IMG/VR virus record: IMGVR_UViG_3300029563_000007
Span: 1-58,356 of that record
Strand: one strand, 5' to 3'
Origin: a virus
DNA length: 58,356 nucleotides
Shown here in pieces: positions 25,574 through 34,621 of this stretch. The notes beneath the pieces were generated by a model. That model ran no database searches, was not told the origin of the DNA, and worked only from the letters and a program-made list of their open reading frames with translations. The translations under genes and the position numbers were made by a program. Numbering within the stretch: position 1 is the stretch's first letter; each line of letters begins with the position of its first letter.

Positions 25574-28500
25574 ATGAAAAATATTAATTGGGGTGCGGAT
25601 TTCAATTTGCTGTATGCAAGATATTACAGCAAATATTTAGTTGACGGAAAAGAATACAATCAGACACTTAATGAGTTTAAGTACAGCAACATAATCAATC
25701 CGAACAATAGCATTTCCATAGGTAACACTTGCAGTAGTAGTGTTACCTTTTCTATTTATAATCCAGAAATCACGCTTGAAAATAAGGATATAACTATTTT
25801 TGAGGGCGTTAAGGGCGATAGCGGCATTGAGTATGTACAGATAGGCATATTTACTGTAATTAAAGAAGAAAGCAATGGCGAATACACTAAGTACACAGCT
25901 TATGACAAGATGTACAAAGCTGAAAAAGGTTATTTTACTAAATTAACTTATCCTAGTACGGATAAGGCTATTTTAGAAGAAATCTGTACAAAGTTAGGCA
26001 TACAGTTAGCAACTAGCATAACAAACACACATACAATTACAGATAAGCCACAAGGTTATACAATGCGTGAAATGATTGGTTATATGGCTATGCTACAAGG
26101 TGGAAATGCGGCTATTAATTCTGACGGAAACCTTGAAATAAAGTGGTACAAAGATAGCGGTTATGTGCTTGACGGACATCAATACTATCAGCAAGGGGTT
26201 ACTTTTACCACTAGCAAAGATTTTACGATAAGAAAGCTGACTTGTAACAATACAAAGTCTGGTGATAGCAAAACAAGTGAGATAACTGCCGGCGACGGAA
26301 CAACAGGACTTAGCTTTGCTAATCCATTTATGACACAAGCTAACTTAAATGAGATTTATAACAAGATAGGCGGCTTTCAGTTTAGACCGCTTACAGTTAA
26401 GTTTTTAGGTGATTGGCGATTAGAGGTAGGCGACATTATAACTGTTAATAAGGGCGGCGTTGATTACAAAGTACCTATAATGCAGATTACGCACGAATGT
26501 GACGGTGGTTTAATGGACACAGTTACATCTATCGGACAATCTGACACAGAAAACAGCAATATTGCTAGTGGTCCGATAACAAAGCAAATGGAACGATACT
26601 ACGCTGATTTAGTCTTAATCAACAAGGCAGTTATTGAAAATGCTTATATGACTAATGCCAATATTGAGAATTTAAAGGCACATCAAGCATATATCGACCA
26701 ACTAAAAGCCAATAAGATTGAAGCTGTCACAGCAGATATTGTTAATTTGACGGCAAATAAAGCTACGATTAATGAAGCTAATATCGCTAAGTTGCAAGCA
26801 GATTATGCACAGATAGGCGTGTTAAATGCTGATGTAGCAGATATTAAGACCTTAATGTTTGGTTCAGCGACAGGTAAAAGCTTAACAACAGAATTCGCTA
26901 ATGCAGTTGTAAGTGTTATTGGCGATGCACAGATAAAATCTGCTATGATTGATAGTATAGCCGCAGATAAGATTACAAGTGGGAAGATTTATACAAACCT
27001 TGTTGAAATTCTAAGCGAAAGCGGAAATCTTGATATAGCTGACAATACGATACAGATAAAAGATGATAACAAGGTTGCAAGAGTTCAAATAGGTAAAGAC
27101 GCTAATTCGGACTACAATATGTATGTCTGGGATAAAGCTGGCAATCTTATGTTTGATGCCTTAGGACTTACTGAAAAAGGTGTTACGAGGAAAGTTGTTC
27201 GTGATGATGTTGTTCAAGATAATGCTAATATCAATGCAAGCAAGCTGGATATTGAAACACTATTTAATGTTATCAATAACGATAACACCCATACACTTAA
27301 GAGCAATAAAATTTATCTGGACAACGAGGGGCAGACACTTAATGTCATTATGCAAGCTATAACAAGTGGTGCTGGCAAAGATTATACTCAATGGGGCGGT
27401 ATGATGAAAGTTGCTAGTGATTTTATCACTAACAAGTTGTGGTGGACTGAAAATGTTGACAACGAAAGCATTAAGACTAAGTTTTCTACTGTTAATCAGA
27501 AACTAGATAGCTACGAAATCACGTTATCCGACTTATACCAACAAACGAACGATAATTTTATGGTGTATACAGTTACAGAAACACCTAACAAAGATAATTA
27601 CCCAGCTATTGATTGGTTCATACCTATTTATCCGTCAGATGATTTGTTTCCAAGCGATAATCTTACTTGGACTTATAGCAATGATGAATACGCAAAATAT
27701 CACGGGGCAATAGCATACAACGAAACAGCTCATAAAACTTGGCGTTGGGCTAAAGATGGTAAAGGTAATTGGGGTTGGAAAGAGGTATCTAACACACAAT
27801 TAGCCTATATGCTTAATCAGAACGCTAGTCTTAAGATTAATCTTAATAGCATATCAACAGAATTAACACAGACAAAGAAAAATCTGACAGATAATTATAG
27901 TACAACAACTACTATGATTAACAAAATTACGCAGGAAATTAATGATAATGGTTCAAGTATTAGTTTGGCACTTAGTGGAACTTACGCTAAGTCAAGCGAT
28001 TTAGAAAGTTATGCAACTAAAACAAGCCTTGATTTATATATCAAAAAAGACCCTAAAACAGGCGAGCTTAAGAGTGCTATCGAAGCTATTGCAGATACAA
28101 TAAATATTACTGCAAGGGGTGGGCTTAATTTAAGTGGCAACAGGTTTACATTAAACAGCACGAACACCAGCATTACAGCAGACGGAACTATAACTTGTAG
28201 CAATCTGATTGCCAACGGCGGAAACGTTGGCGGCTGGAAAGTGTCTAAAGATTCAATAAGTACAATATTTAAGCAGAATAATGACTTATTCAGAATTGCA
28301 TTACAAATACCTGGTGATATTACACCATATGTTTTTTCGGTTTTTCACGGAACTGCAGATGAGGGATACAGCAAAAGTCCTAATTTTTATATAAGTCAAA
28401 CTGGTAAACTATATGCAACTAACGCACAAATTACAGGAAGCGGCTATTTTTCGTCTGGCACGATTGGAGGCTGGGACATCAGCAAGTCTTCTATCTATAA

Positions 28501-29539
28501 AGATTACGGCAAATATAGAACTTATATACAGGCACCCGCTAATTCCGAAGCTTGGACATTCTCTTGCCAAGAAGAAAGAGATGGGGCATATTATGGTAAT
28601 TGGTACGTTCGTGCGGATGGATATATGTATGCTTCTAAAGGTCAAATTGGCAATTTCTCAATTGATAATGGTATATTGTCGACATATCAAAATAATGGAA
28701 TTAAAGGAATGTCGATAGACCAAAATTACATTAAATTCTATTCTTGGGTCGACGATTACGAAAATTATGTAGGTTCGATAACTACAACAAGATACTATAC
28801 TAGCAATAATGAAGTAAGAAGAGCTTTAGTGCTCAATGCAGATTATGGAGATGTTGTCGGAATAAATTGTACCAAAGAGAAAACAGAAAATACGGAATAC
28901 GAATTCGTTATAAGAATAAACAACGATTTAAACAAATCATTAGAGTTTTTTTCGCCCAATATTTCGATGAATGGCGGTTACCAAGACAATATTAAAAAAC
29001 CAACGACACTTACAGTATATTGCTATAATCCAAATTCGGGAAAAGACACACAAAATGTCAGAATTACAAATACAGAGGACAGACACTACGAGAACTGCGA
29101 ACTGTCAGTATATGGAAGTACATACATAGGATATGATTTGCGATGTTTCGGGTCAATTTATGGAACAATTGCTTCTGATTCAGACGAGAACGTAAAAAAA
29201 GATGTTCATTTATTGAATTCAGAAGACTCTTCTGAATTTATCTACAATTTAAAACCTTGCGAATTTAAAATGATTAACGGTACTTCTAATCGCTACCATC
29301 ACGGATTTATTGCACAGCAGGTTAAAGAAACTATGAAAGATGACTGGGGATTATTTATCGATAAAAAGATTAATAATGATAACTACGAAACACAAGTCTC
29401 AGACGAAAACGGAAATACAACTAAAGAGCTAACAGCAAGATACGCATTACGCTATGATGAATTAATAGCGGATATAGTTGCGACTGTACAATCGCAGAAT
29501 ATGCGTATTAAAAAATTGGAAAAGCAATTAAGCAATTAA
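25574..29539 (+). CDS. tail tip/fibre protein with C-terminal peptidase S74 intramolecular chaperone domain
   Basis: 1321 aa; N-terminal minor-structural/Tal-like region, coiled-coil repeats, C-terminus SDENVKKDV...NRYHHGFIAQQVKE...LRYDELIADIV typical of the S74 auto-cleaving chaperone. Confidence 0.7.
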   Translation: MKNINWGADFNLLYARYYSKYLVDGKEYNQTLNEFKYSNIINPNNSISIGNTCSSSVTFSIYNPEITLENKDITIFEGVKGDSGIEYVQIGIFTVIKEESNGEYTKYTAYDKMYKAEKGYFTKLTYPSTDKAILEEICTKLGIQLATSITNTHTITDKPQGYTMREMIGYMAMLQGGNAAINSDGNLEIKWYKDSGYVLDGHQYYQQGVTFTTSKDFTIRKLTCNNTKSGDSKTSEITAGDGTTGLSFANPFMTQANLNEIYNKIGGFQFRPLTVKFLGDWRLEVGDIITVNKGGVDYKVPIMQITHECDGGLMDTVTSIGQSDTENSNIASGPITKQMERYYADLVLINKAVIENAYMTNANIENLKAHQAYIDQLKANKIEAVTADIVNLTANKATINEANIAKLQADYAQIGVLNADVADIKTLMFGSATGKSLTTEFANAVVSVIGDAQIKSAMIDSIAADKITSGKIYTNLVEILSESGNLDIADNTIQIKDDNKVARVQIGKDANSDYNMYVWDKAGNLMFDALGLTEKGVTRKVVRDDVVQDNANINASKLDIETLFNVINNDNTHTLKSNKIYLDNEGQTLNVIMQAITSGAGKDYTQWGGMMKVASDFITNKLWWTENVDNESIKTKFSTVNQKLDSYEITLSDLYQQTNDNFMVYTVTETPNKDNYPAIDWFIPIYPSDDLFPSDNLTWTYSNDEYAKYHGAIAYNETAHKTWRWAKDGKGNWGWKEVSNTQLAYMLNQNASLKINLNSISTELTQTKKNLTDNYSTTTTMINKITQEINDNGSSISLALSGTYAKSSDLESYATKTSLDLYIKKDPKTGELKSAIEAIADTINITARGGLNLSGNRFTLNSTNTSITADGTITCSNLIANGGNVGGWKVSKDSISTIFKQNNDLFRIALQIPGDITPYVFSVFHGTADEGYSKSPNFYISQTGKLYATNAQITGSGYFSSGTIGGWDISKSSIYKDYGKYRTYIQAPANSEAWTFSCQEERDGAYYGNWYVRADGYMYASKGQIGNFSIDNGILSTYQNNGIKGMSIDQNYIKFYSWVDDYENYVGSITTTRYYTSNNEVRRALVLNADYGDVVGINCTKEKTENTEYEFVIRINNDLNKSLEFFSPNISMNGGYQDNIKKPTTLTVYCYNPNSGKDTQNVRITNTEDRHYENCELSVYGSTYIGYDLRCFGSIYGTIASDSDENVKKDVHLLNSEDSSEFIYNLKPCEFKMINGTSNRYHHGFIAQQVKETMKDDWGLFIDKKINNDNYETQVSDENGNTTKELTARYALRYDELIADIVATVQSQNMRIKKLEKQLSN

Positions 29540-29563
29540 GGACATCTTCGGGTGTCCTTTTTT
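29540..29563 (+). terminator. rho-independent terminator
   Basis: GGACATC-TTCG-GGTGTCC then TTTTTT. Confidence 0.7.
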
Positions 29564-29588
29564 AATGCGAATTAGGAGGTAAAACACA

Positions 29589-29882
29589 ATGTTAGACATC
29601 AACTCATCAATTCAGAAGAACGGAACATTATCCGTTCAAAACTCAGACGGGGCACTTAAACAGGTAGCTTATCTGTCAGCTACAATCAGCGAAAGCGGCA
29701 CAGTTAGTATGTCAGCTAGCTTCAATGACTTTGCGGCATACTTGGCAAATGATATAGCACTAGACAGCGAGCTTAAGAGCTTTCTTGATGGTGTTAAAAA
29801 CACATACAAGGCAACATACAGCACAGAAGATAGCACAGTTGGTTCAGATGTAACAGGAACAGTAGAAAGTGAGGTATTTTAA
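29589..29882 (+). CDS. hypothetical protein between tail fibre and lysin
   Basis: 97 aa, SD AGGAGG. Confidence 0.45.
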   Translation: MLDINSSIQKNGTLSVQNSDGALKQVAYLSATISESGTVSMSASFNDFAAYLANDIALDSELKSFLDGVKNTYKATYSTEDSTVGSDVTGTVESEVF

Positions 29883-29884
29883 TT

Positions 29885-30991
29885 ATGATTAAATGTGGAG
29901 ATTTTTCAGCGTGGAATGGTGTAGTTGACTGGAACAGAGTTAAGGCGGCAGGACTTACTCACGCTATTCTTAAGGTTATCAGACGTGATTTTGACCCAGA
30001 TAAGCAACTTGAAAACAACTGGAAAGGCTGTCAGTTAGCAGGTGTGCATATTTGCGGTGTATACAACTATGTTTACACACCAACAGTAGAAGAAGCTATT
30101 GCGGCGGCTAACAGAGTGCTTGAAGTGCTTGACGGACGTAAGGTAACTGTCTGGATGGACGTTGAAGATACTTGTATGCGAAACTTAGGTTCAGAGCTTA
30201 TTGATATTATCAAGGCTTACAAAGAGGTTATTGAGGGTGCAGGATATGACTTTGGCGTATATACTGGCTTATCATTCTATGGTAGTTACATCAAGCCCTA
30301 TACAGACCCTAGCGACTTAGATTGTCCGTTCTGGATAGCACGTTACTACTTAGGATATGATGAAATGCAGTTAAATGATGATGTTAACGCAGATAAGACA
30401 CCCAGTATCGACCATTATCTTGCGGGGTGGCAGTATACTTCTAGCGCAAGAATTGACGGTGTAGACGGAGTTTGCGACTTATCAGAATTCTATGGCTTTC
30501 ATAATGAAGAAGATAATACAGAAGATAACAGCGAAGAAGATAACACAGAGGATAGCACAGATGAACACGTATATGCTACATACGCCGCTTATACCGATAG
30601 ATGGTGGGGTGAAGTAGAAGATAGAGAAGATTGGGCTGGTGCAGGCGACAATAAAGCTATCACAGCACTTATTATCAAGGTTAGCAGAGGTTCAGTTAAG
30701 TACAGAGTTCACTTAAAGGGCGGAGATTGGCTTCCTTATGTTACTGGCTTTAATTATGACGATTACGATAATGGCTATGCAGGTGACAAGAAGCACGAGA
30801 TTGACGCAATAGAAATCATTTACTATACACCAGAGGGCGAGCCTTGGAAGTATGCTAAGTATATGGTATCTGTATTTAACAACCGCAACTTCTATCCAGA
30901 ACAGGTAGATGATGAAACATCAAACGGAATGGACGGATATGCAGGCGTTATGGGTAATGCAATCGACAAGTTCCAGTTAGTTGTCGAATAA
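29885..30991 (+). CDS. endolysin, GH25 muramidase domain plus acidic linker and C-terminal putative wall-binding domain
   Basis: N-terminus GDFSAWNGVVDWNRVKAAGLTHAILKV... resembles GH25 (D.S..QG.IDW..VK); NEEDNTEDNSEEDNTEDSTDE linker. Confidence 0.7.
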   Translation: MIKCGDFSAWNGVVDWNRVKAAGLTHAILKVIRRDFDPDKQLENNWKGCQLAGVHICGVYNYVYTPTVEEAIAAANRVLEVLDGRKVTVWMDVEDTCMRNLGSELIDIIKAYKEVIEGAGYDFGVYTGLSFYGSYIKPYTDPSDLDCPFWIARYYLGYDEMQLNDDVNADKTPSIDHYLAGWQYTSSARIDGVDGVCDLSEFYGFHNEEDNTEDNSEEDNTEDSTDEHVYATYAAYTDRWWGEVEDREDWAGAGDNKAITALIIKVSRGSVKYRVHLKGGDWLPYVTGFNYDDYDNGYAGDKKHEIDAIEIIYYTPEGEPWKYAKYMVSVFNNRNFYPEQVDDETSNGMDGYAGVMGNAIDKFQLVVE

Positions 30992-31135
30992 AGTTGAAAT
31001 AACACGACCGAAAGTATTTGAAATATACTAACGATAAATGTATAATAAACTTGTCTTTAAGAAAAGACCCTTAAACATTTTCAAGTTCTGGCAGGCGATA
31101 TTGTTTGATTGGCGTTGGCAATATCGCCGCTACAC

Positions 31136-31164
31136 TTGACACTATAGAACGTGTGTTCTATAAT
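31136..31164 (+). promoter_or_regulatory. consensus sigma-70 promoter with a palindromic operator in the spacer
   Basis: TTGACA 31136-41, 17 nt, TATAAT 31159-64; TATAGAAC-GTGT-GTTCTATA palindrome 31143-62. Confidence 0.65.
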
Positions 31165-31214
31165 AATCGTATCGCTATCAAACGTGCAAGGGCAAGAGAG
31201 GGGAGTGCGGGTTT

Positions 31215-31334
31215 ATGAGTAATGAGGAATACAGGCAAATAATAATAGAAACAGTCAATAACTGTAATAATAAAAGATTTTTAAAGTTTTTATATGAATT
31301 AATTATATCATTCAAAAAGAAATGGGGCATTTAA
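31215..31334 (+). CDS. 39-aa protein (moron-like)
   Basis: SD GAGGGGAG then ATG 31215; MSNEEYRQIIIETVNNCNNKRFLKFLYELIISFKKKWGI; ends in bidirectional hairpin GGGGCAT-TTA-ATGCCCC. Confidence 0.45.
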   Translation: MSNEEYRQIIIETVNNCNNKRFLKFLYELIISFKKKWGI

Positions 31335-31690
31335 TGCCCCTCTTTCTCATACCAATAGGCTATATTGTCAAATATAGTTTGTTGATGTTCTTTATTAAGT
31401 TTCATTAACTTCTTAACACTATCCAACATTTTCTTATCTGACATCAAGTCGGGAATAATATCAGCATTATCAGTAGATAAATTATCTTCCCATCCCATTA
31501 AATATGATGGAGAAATATCAAGAATCTGTGCAGCAATCTGAATTTTATCACTTGGTATGTTTGTTACGGCATTGTTTTCATACTTATATAATGTCTGTTT
31601 AGAAACGCCCATCTTTTTAGCCAACTCTACTTGTGACATATTGTTAAGCTCTCTTTGTTCCTTAATCCTATCTCCAACAGTTTTAATCAT
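31331..31690 (-). CDS. CI-like repressor (XRE-family HTH)
   Basis: 119 aa; VGDRIKEQRELNNMSQVELAKKMGVSKQTLYKYENN; divergent from a Cro-like gene. Confidence 0.8.
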   Translation of the reverse strand: MIKTVGDRIKEQRELNNMSQVELAKKMGVSKQTLYKYENNAVTNIPSDKIQIAAQILDISPSYLMGWEDNLSTDNADIIPDLMSDKKMLDSVKKLMKLNKEHQQTIFDNIAYWYEKEGH

Positions 31691-31713
31691 TAGTGTTTCC
31701 TCCTTTCCTATCG

Positions 31714-31810
31714 GTAACTTGATTATAGCACAAAAAAGTTACAAGTCAAGAAAAAAATAACTTGACAAGTTACTTTTGTGGTGTATAATAAGAGTAACTT
31801 CAAAAGTTAC
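31714..31810. promoter_or_regulatory. genetic-switch region: divergent promoters plus GTAACTT/AAGTTAC operators
   Basis: Rightward TTGACA 31762-67 and TATAAT 31784-89. Leftward TTGACT (rc 31744-49) and TGcTATAAT (rc 31722-27). Palindromes TAACTTG-A-CAAGTTA 31758-72 and GTAACTT-CAA-AAGTTAC 31794-810; half-sites 31714-20 and 31736-42. Confidence 0.7.
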
Positions 31811-31833
31811 GAAGTTGGAAAGGAGATGAGAAG

Positions 31834-32043
31834 ATGGTTGATACAAATAAGCTTCGTGGGATTATTGCTGAAAACGGAAAAACGCAGACAGAAGTTGCAC
31901 AAATGATAGGTGTAACACCCAAGACTTTCTATTTACGAATGCACAAGGGAGTTTTTGGCAGTAACGAAATTCAGATTATGATTGATAATTTGAATATTGA
32001 AAATCCTATGGAGATTTTTTTTGCAAAGAAAGTAACTTCATAA
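31834..32043 (+). CDS. Cro-like HTH regulator
   Basis: 69 aa; KTQTEVAQMIGVTPKTFYLRMHKG; SD AAGGAG. Confidence 0.65.
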   Translation: MVDTNKLRGIIAENGKTQTEVAQMIGVTPKTFYLRMHKGVFGSNEIQIMIDNLNIENPMEIFFAKKVTS

Positions 32044-32048
32044 GTTAC
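32032..32048. promoter_or_regulatory. third copy of the switch operator palindrome
   Basis: GTAACTT-CAT-AAGTTAC overlapping the cro-like stop codon. Confidence 0.55.
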
Positions 32049-32063
32049 TGGAAAGGAGTAAGA

Positions 32064-32318
32064 ATGGCAAGCTTTATTGATGAAGTAGAGAAAAGTTATC
32101 TTAATAGTCTTAAAGACAACTTATGCAAAACCTGTGAGGGAGCTGCATTTATGGAGAAATACTTTTCTTCAAGGTCTGCTATCTCTGAATTAGAGAATAA
32201 AGTTTTATCAGAACTCAAAGATAGCAAACTAACAGTTACGGAAATGATTGGCTTTTTAGAGTATATGAAACAGTCTATTAAAAACCACTCATTTCTTCCG
32301 CGAGAGAAAGAACACTGA
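32064..32318 (+). CDS. hypothetical early protein
   Basis: 84 aa, SD AAGGAG. Confidence 0.5.
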   Translation: MASFIDEVEKSYLNSLKDNLCKTCEGAAFMEKYFSSRSAISELENKVLSELKDSKLTVTEMIGFLEYMKQSIKNHSFLPREKEH

Positions 32319-32508
32319 TACAGCATTCTTTGTCAGAAGTAATGTTACCAGCTGGTATTTCTTTAGCAGTCTTGAGTATAGATAATACTTTGTCAGAGTA
32401 AGGGTATTCAAGACCGCAGTTAGGGCAAACAATCTTGCTAGTAGATATATCTTCGTTAACAGTATATCTGCTATAACAAGTGCAAGTTATTTGAAATTTT
32501 AGAAGCAT
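32278..32508 (-). CDS. zinc-ribbon protein on the opposite strand
   Basis: 76 aa, minus-strand SD GAAAGGTGG; CTC...CPNCG; 3' end overlaps 32064 gene convergently. Confidence 0.5.
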   Translation of the reverse strand: MLLKFQITCTCYSRYTVNEDISTSKIVCPNCGLEYPYSDKVLSILKTAKEIPAGNITSDKECCISVLSLAEEMSGF

Positions 32509-32571
32509 ATTTACACCACCTTTCTTTATTTAGTAAAGGAATTATAACATAAAAAGGAGATAATAATAACA

Positions 32572-32973
32572 ATGAATGAAATTCAAATTAATTTATTAAA
32601 AGATTACATACTTGAGGATTTAGAGAAAACAAGAAAAAGCGACATATCTGCAAAAGAAAAGGCAGAATTGGAAATTTCAGCTTTAAGAGCACTTGTAGAG
32701 TTAGAAAACAGTCCGGTAGCCGCAAAAATTGACAAGGCTTATGAAAATTTTACGGCGCAGAAAAACGAAATGGATATTAATAAAAATTTTTATGATAAGG
32801 TTGCTGAATATTGCGGCGAAAGAAAAATGCCAATATCAGCATTTGAAAAAATGTGTAGCATTGGTAATGGAACGTGTGGTCGTTGGAGAGATAGTATGTC
32901 TTCACCAACATTAACTACTATGCAGAAGATTGCAGAAGCAACAAAAATTCCGATTGAAAATTGGGTCAGATAA
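32572..32973 (+). CDS. protein with C-terminal XRE-type HTH
   Basis: 133 aa; ...ISAFEKMCSIGNGTCGRWRDSMSSPTLTTMQKIAEATKIPIENW. Confidence 0.55.
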   Translation: MNEIQINLLKDYILEDLEKTRKSDISAKEKAELEISALRALVELENSPVAAKIDKAYENFTAQKNEMDINKNFYDKVAEYCGERKMPISAFEKMCSIGNGTCGRWRDSMSSPTLTTMQKIAEATKIPIENWVR

Positions 32974-32987
32974 GAAAGGACATGTTT

Positions 32988-33740
32988 ATGGAGTTACAGA
33001 TTTTTAGCAATTCAGAGTTTGGAGAAATCCGAACTATTACTAAAGATAATGAGCCTATGTTTTGTCTGGCTGATGTATGCAAGGCATTGGAAATATCAAA
33101 TGTAAGTCAGCTAAAAACAAGGCTCAAAGAAGATGGGGTCATTACTAATGAGGTAGGGGTACAGACAGGCGTTAAAGCTGATGGCACTCCAGCAATTCAG
33201 AAAGTAAGAATGAACTTTATCAACGAGAGCAATCTTTACAAGACAATCTTTCAGAGCCGTAAAGAAAGTGCGGAGAGATTTACAGATTGGGTTACAGGAG
33301 AGGTGCTTCCGTCAATCAGAAAGACGGGTAGTTATGGTATGCCAAAGACAACAGGCGGTCAGATACAGCTTTTAGCACAGGGTTATACAGAACTTGAACA
33401 GGCTGTTAACTCTATCAAAGAAGATATGACAGAGCTTAAGGATAACACACCTCTTTACGGCTGTGAGATTGATGAGGTCAAACAGCACGTTAATAGAAAA
33501 GGCGTAATTGTACTTGGTGGCAAGGATAGTGAAGCTTATAAGAACGGCAGTATTCGCAGTTCAGTATATTCTGACATATATAAGCAGTTAAAACGTGAGT
33601 TTGGTTGCGTGACAACATATAAAAGCATAAGAAGAAAGTACATTGATAATGTACACAAGTTTATAGATGATTATGCGTTGCCTATGGCACTTGCTGAACA
33701 GGTAAAAGAAGCTAATGCACAGATAAGTATGAGCTTTTAA
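32988..33740 (+). CDS. antirepressor (BRO-N domain plus ORF6C-like C-domain)
   Basis: MELQIFSNSEFGEIRTITKDNEPMFCLADVCKALEISN...ESAERFTDWVTGEVLPSIRKTGSYG. Confidence 0.75.
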   Translation: MELQIFSNSEFGEIRTITKDNEPMFCLADVCKALEISNVSQLKTRLKEDGVITNEVGVQTGVKADGTPAIQKVRMNFINESNLYKTIFQSRKESAERFTDWVTGEVLPSIRKTGSYGMPKTTGGQIQLLAQGYTELEQAVNSIKEDMTELKDNTPLYGCEIDEVKQHVNRKGVIVLGGKDSEAYKNGSIRSSVYSDIYKQLKREFGCVTTYKSIRRKYIDNVHKFIDDYALPMALAEQVKEANAQISMSF

Positions 33741-33755
33741 GGAAAGGAGTAAGGG

Positions 33756-33908
33756 TTGGAAAGATTGATAAAAGAATTAATCGCAGTTGAGAAAAAGAGA
33801 AATTCCTTGCTTGCGGAACTGAATAAGATTTTAAAGAAACTGGTAAGTAAGGAAAATGAGTGCAGTAGAGATAAGCACAGCGATTACGATGATAGATTTA
33901 CTTTTTAG
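33756..33908 (+). CDS. hypothetical small protein (TTG start)
   Basis: SD GGAAAGGAG 7 nt before TTG 33756; coiled-coil-like LERLIKELIAVEKKRNSLLAELNKILKKL. Confidence 0.3.
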   Translation: MERLIKELIAVEKKRNSLLAELNKILKKLVSKENECSRDKHSDYDDRFTF

Positions 33909-33941
33909 TAATATCACAATTTTTAAGATAAGGAGAAGTTT

Positions 33942-34091
33942 ATGGAAGATATGATAGCAGAAAGAAACAAGTTAGAAGTCTCTATTGCGCCATACAAGAA
34001 AGCTAAGAGAGACAGCAGGATAGCTGAATATTTATGGATGTTATCAGCAATATTATTTATTGCGCAAATGATATTTCAGCTTATTAATTAG
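33942..34091 (+). CDS. small membrane protein (49 aa)
   Basis: SD AAGGAG; C-terminal hydrophobic YLWMLSAILFIAQMIFQLI. Confidence 0.35.
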   Translation: MEDMIAERNKLEVSIAPYKKAKRDSRIAEYLWMLSAILFIAQMIFQLIN

Positions 34092-34108
34092 AAAGGAGTT
34101 TTAGCAGA

Positions 34109-34390
34109 TTGATATTTATTATTTCTGAAAAAGGCGAAAGAGAGCAGATTAATGAGGTGGAAAAACTTGAAATCCTGGCACACATTGGCAGAAGAACAAG
34201 TTACCTCTTAGGAAGAAATAAGAATTGTGAACTCTTAAGAAGAGCAGTTGTAAAGGACATTTTAGGGCAGTTAAAGCACGAATACGGGTGTGGTTTGAGT
34301 GAACTCAAAAAGAAGTACATAGCAGACACTCACGATTATATCGACTGCTACGAACTGCCTACAATAATGAAAGAGAGATATAAGCTATGA
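34109..34390 (+). CDS. ORF6C-domain-like small protein
   Basis: 93 aa; VVKDILGQLKHEYGCGLSELKKKYIADTHDYIDCYELP parallels the C-terminus of the 32988 protein. Confidence 0.45.
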   Translation: MIFIISEKGEREQINEVEKLEILAHIGRRTSYLLGRNKNCELLRRAVVKDILGQLKHEYGCGLSELKKKYIADTHDYIDCYELPTIMKERYKL

Positions 34391-34539
34391 TACAGGGATT
34401 TATGCTAGGAACGATATTCGGGATGTTTTTAGAACTGGCTTGTATCGTTCTGACAATGGCAAGGGCAAAGAGAAAAGAAAGGATTGAACAATATGAAACA
34501 GGTAAACGAGAAAGTAATAACAGTACAGGATTGCATTGA
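34387..34539 (+). CDS. small membrane protein (50 aa)
   Basis: ATGA overlap with the upstream stop; MIQGFMLGTIFGMFLELACIVLTMARAKRKE... Confidence 0.3.
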   Translation: MIQGFMLGTIFGMFLELACIVLTMARAKRKERIEQYETGKRESNNSTGLH

Positions 34540-34621
34540 TATGTACGAGAAGAAAGATATGGTGACAGTTATAGACGGCGGCAAAGTCGTAGGATTCGTT
34601 AAGAGAGGAGAAAAGGAATGA
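34493..34621 (+). CDS. hypothetical 42-aa protein
   Basis: MKQVNEKVITVQDCIDMYEKKDMVTVIDGGKVVGFVKRGEKE; stop overlaps the next start (ATGA). Confidence 0.3.
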   Translation: MKQVNEKVITVQDCIDMYEKKDMVTVIDGGKVVGFVKRGEKE

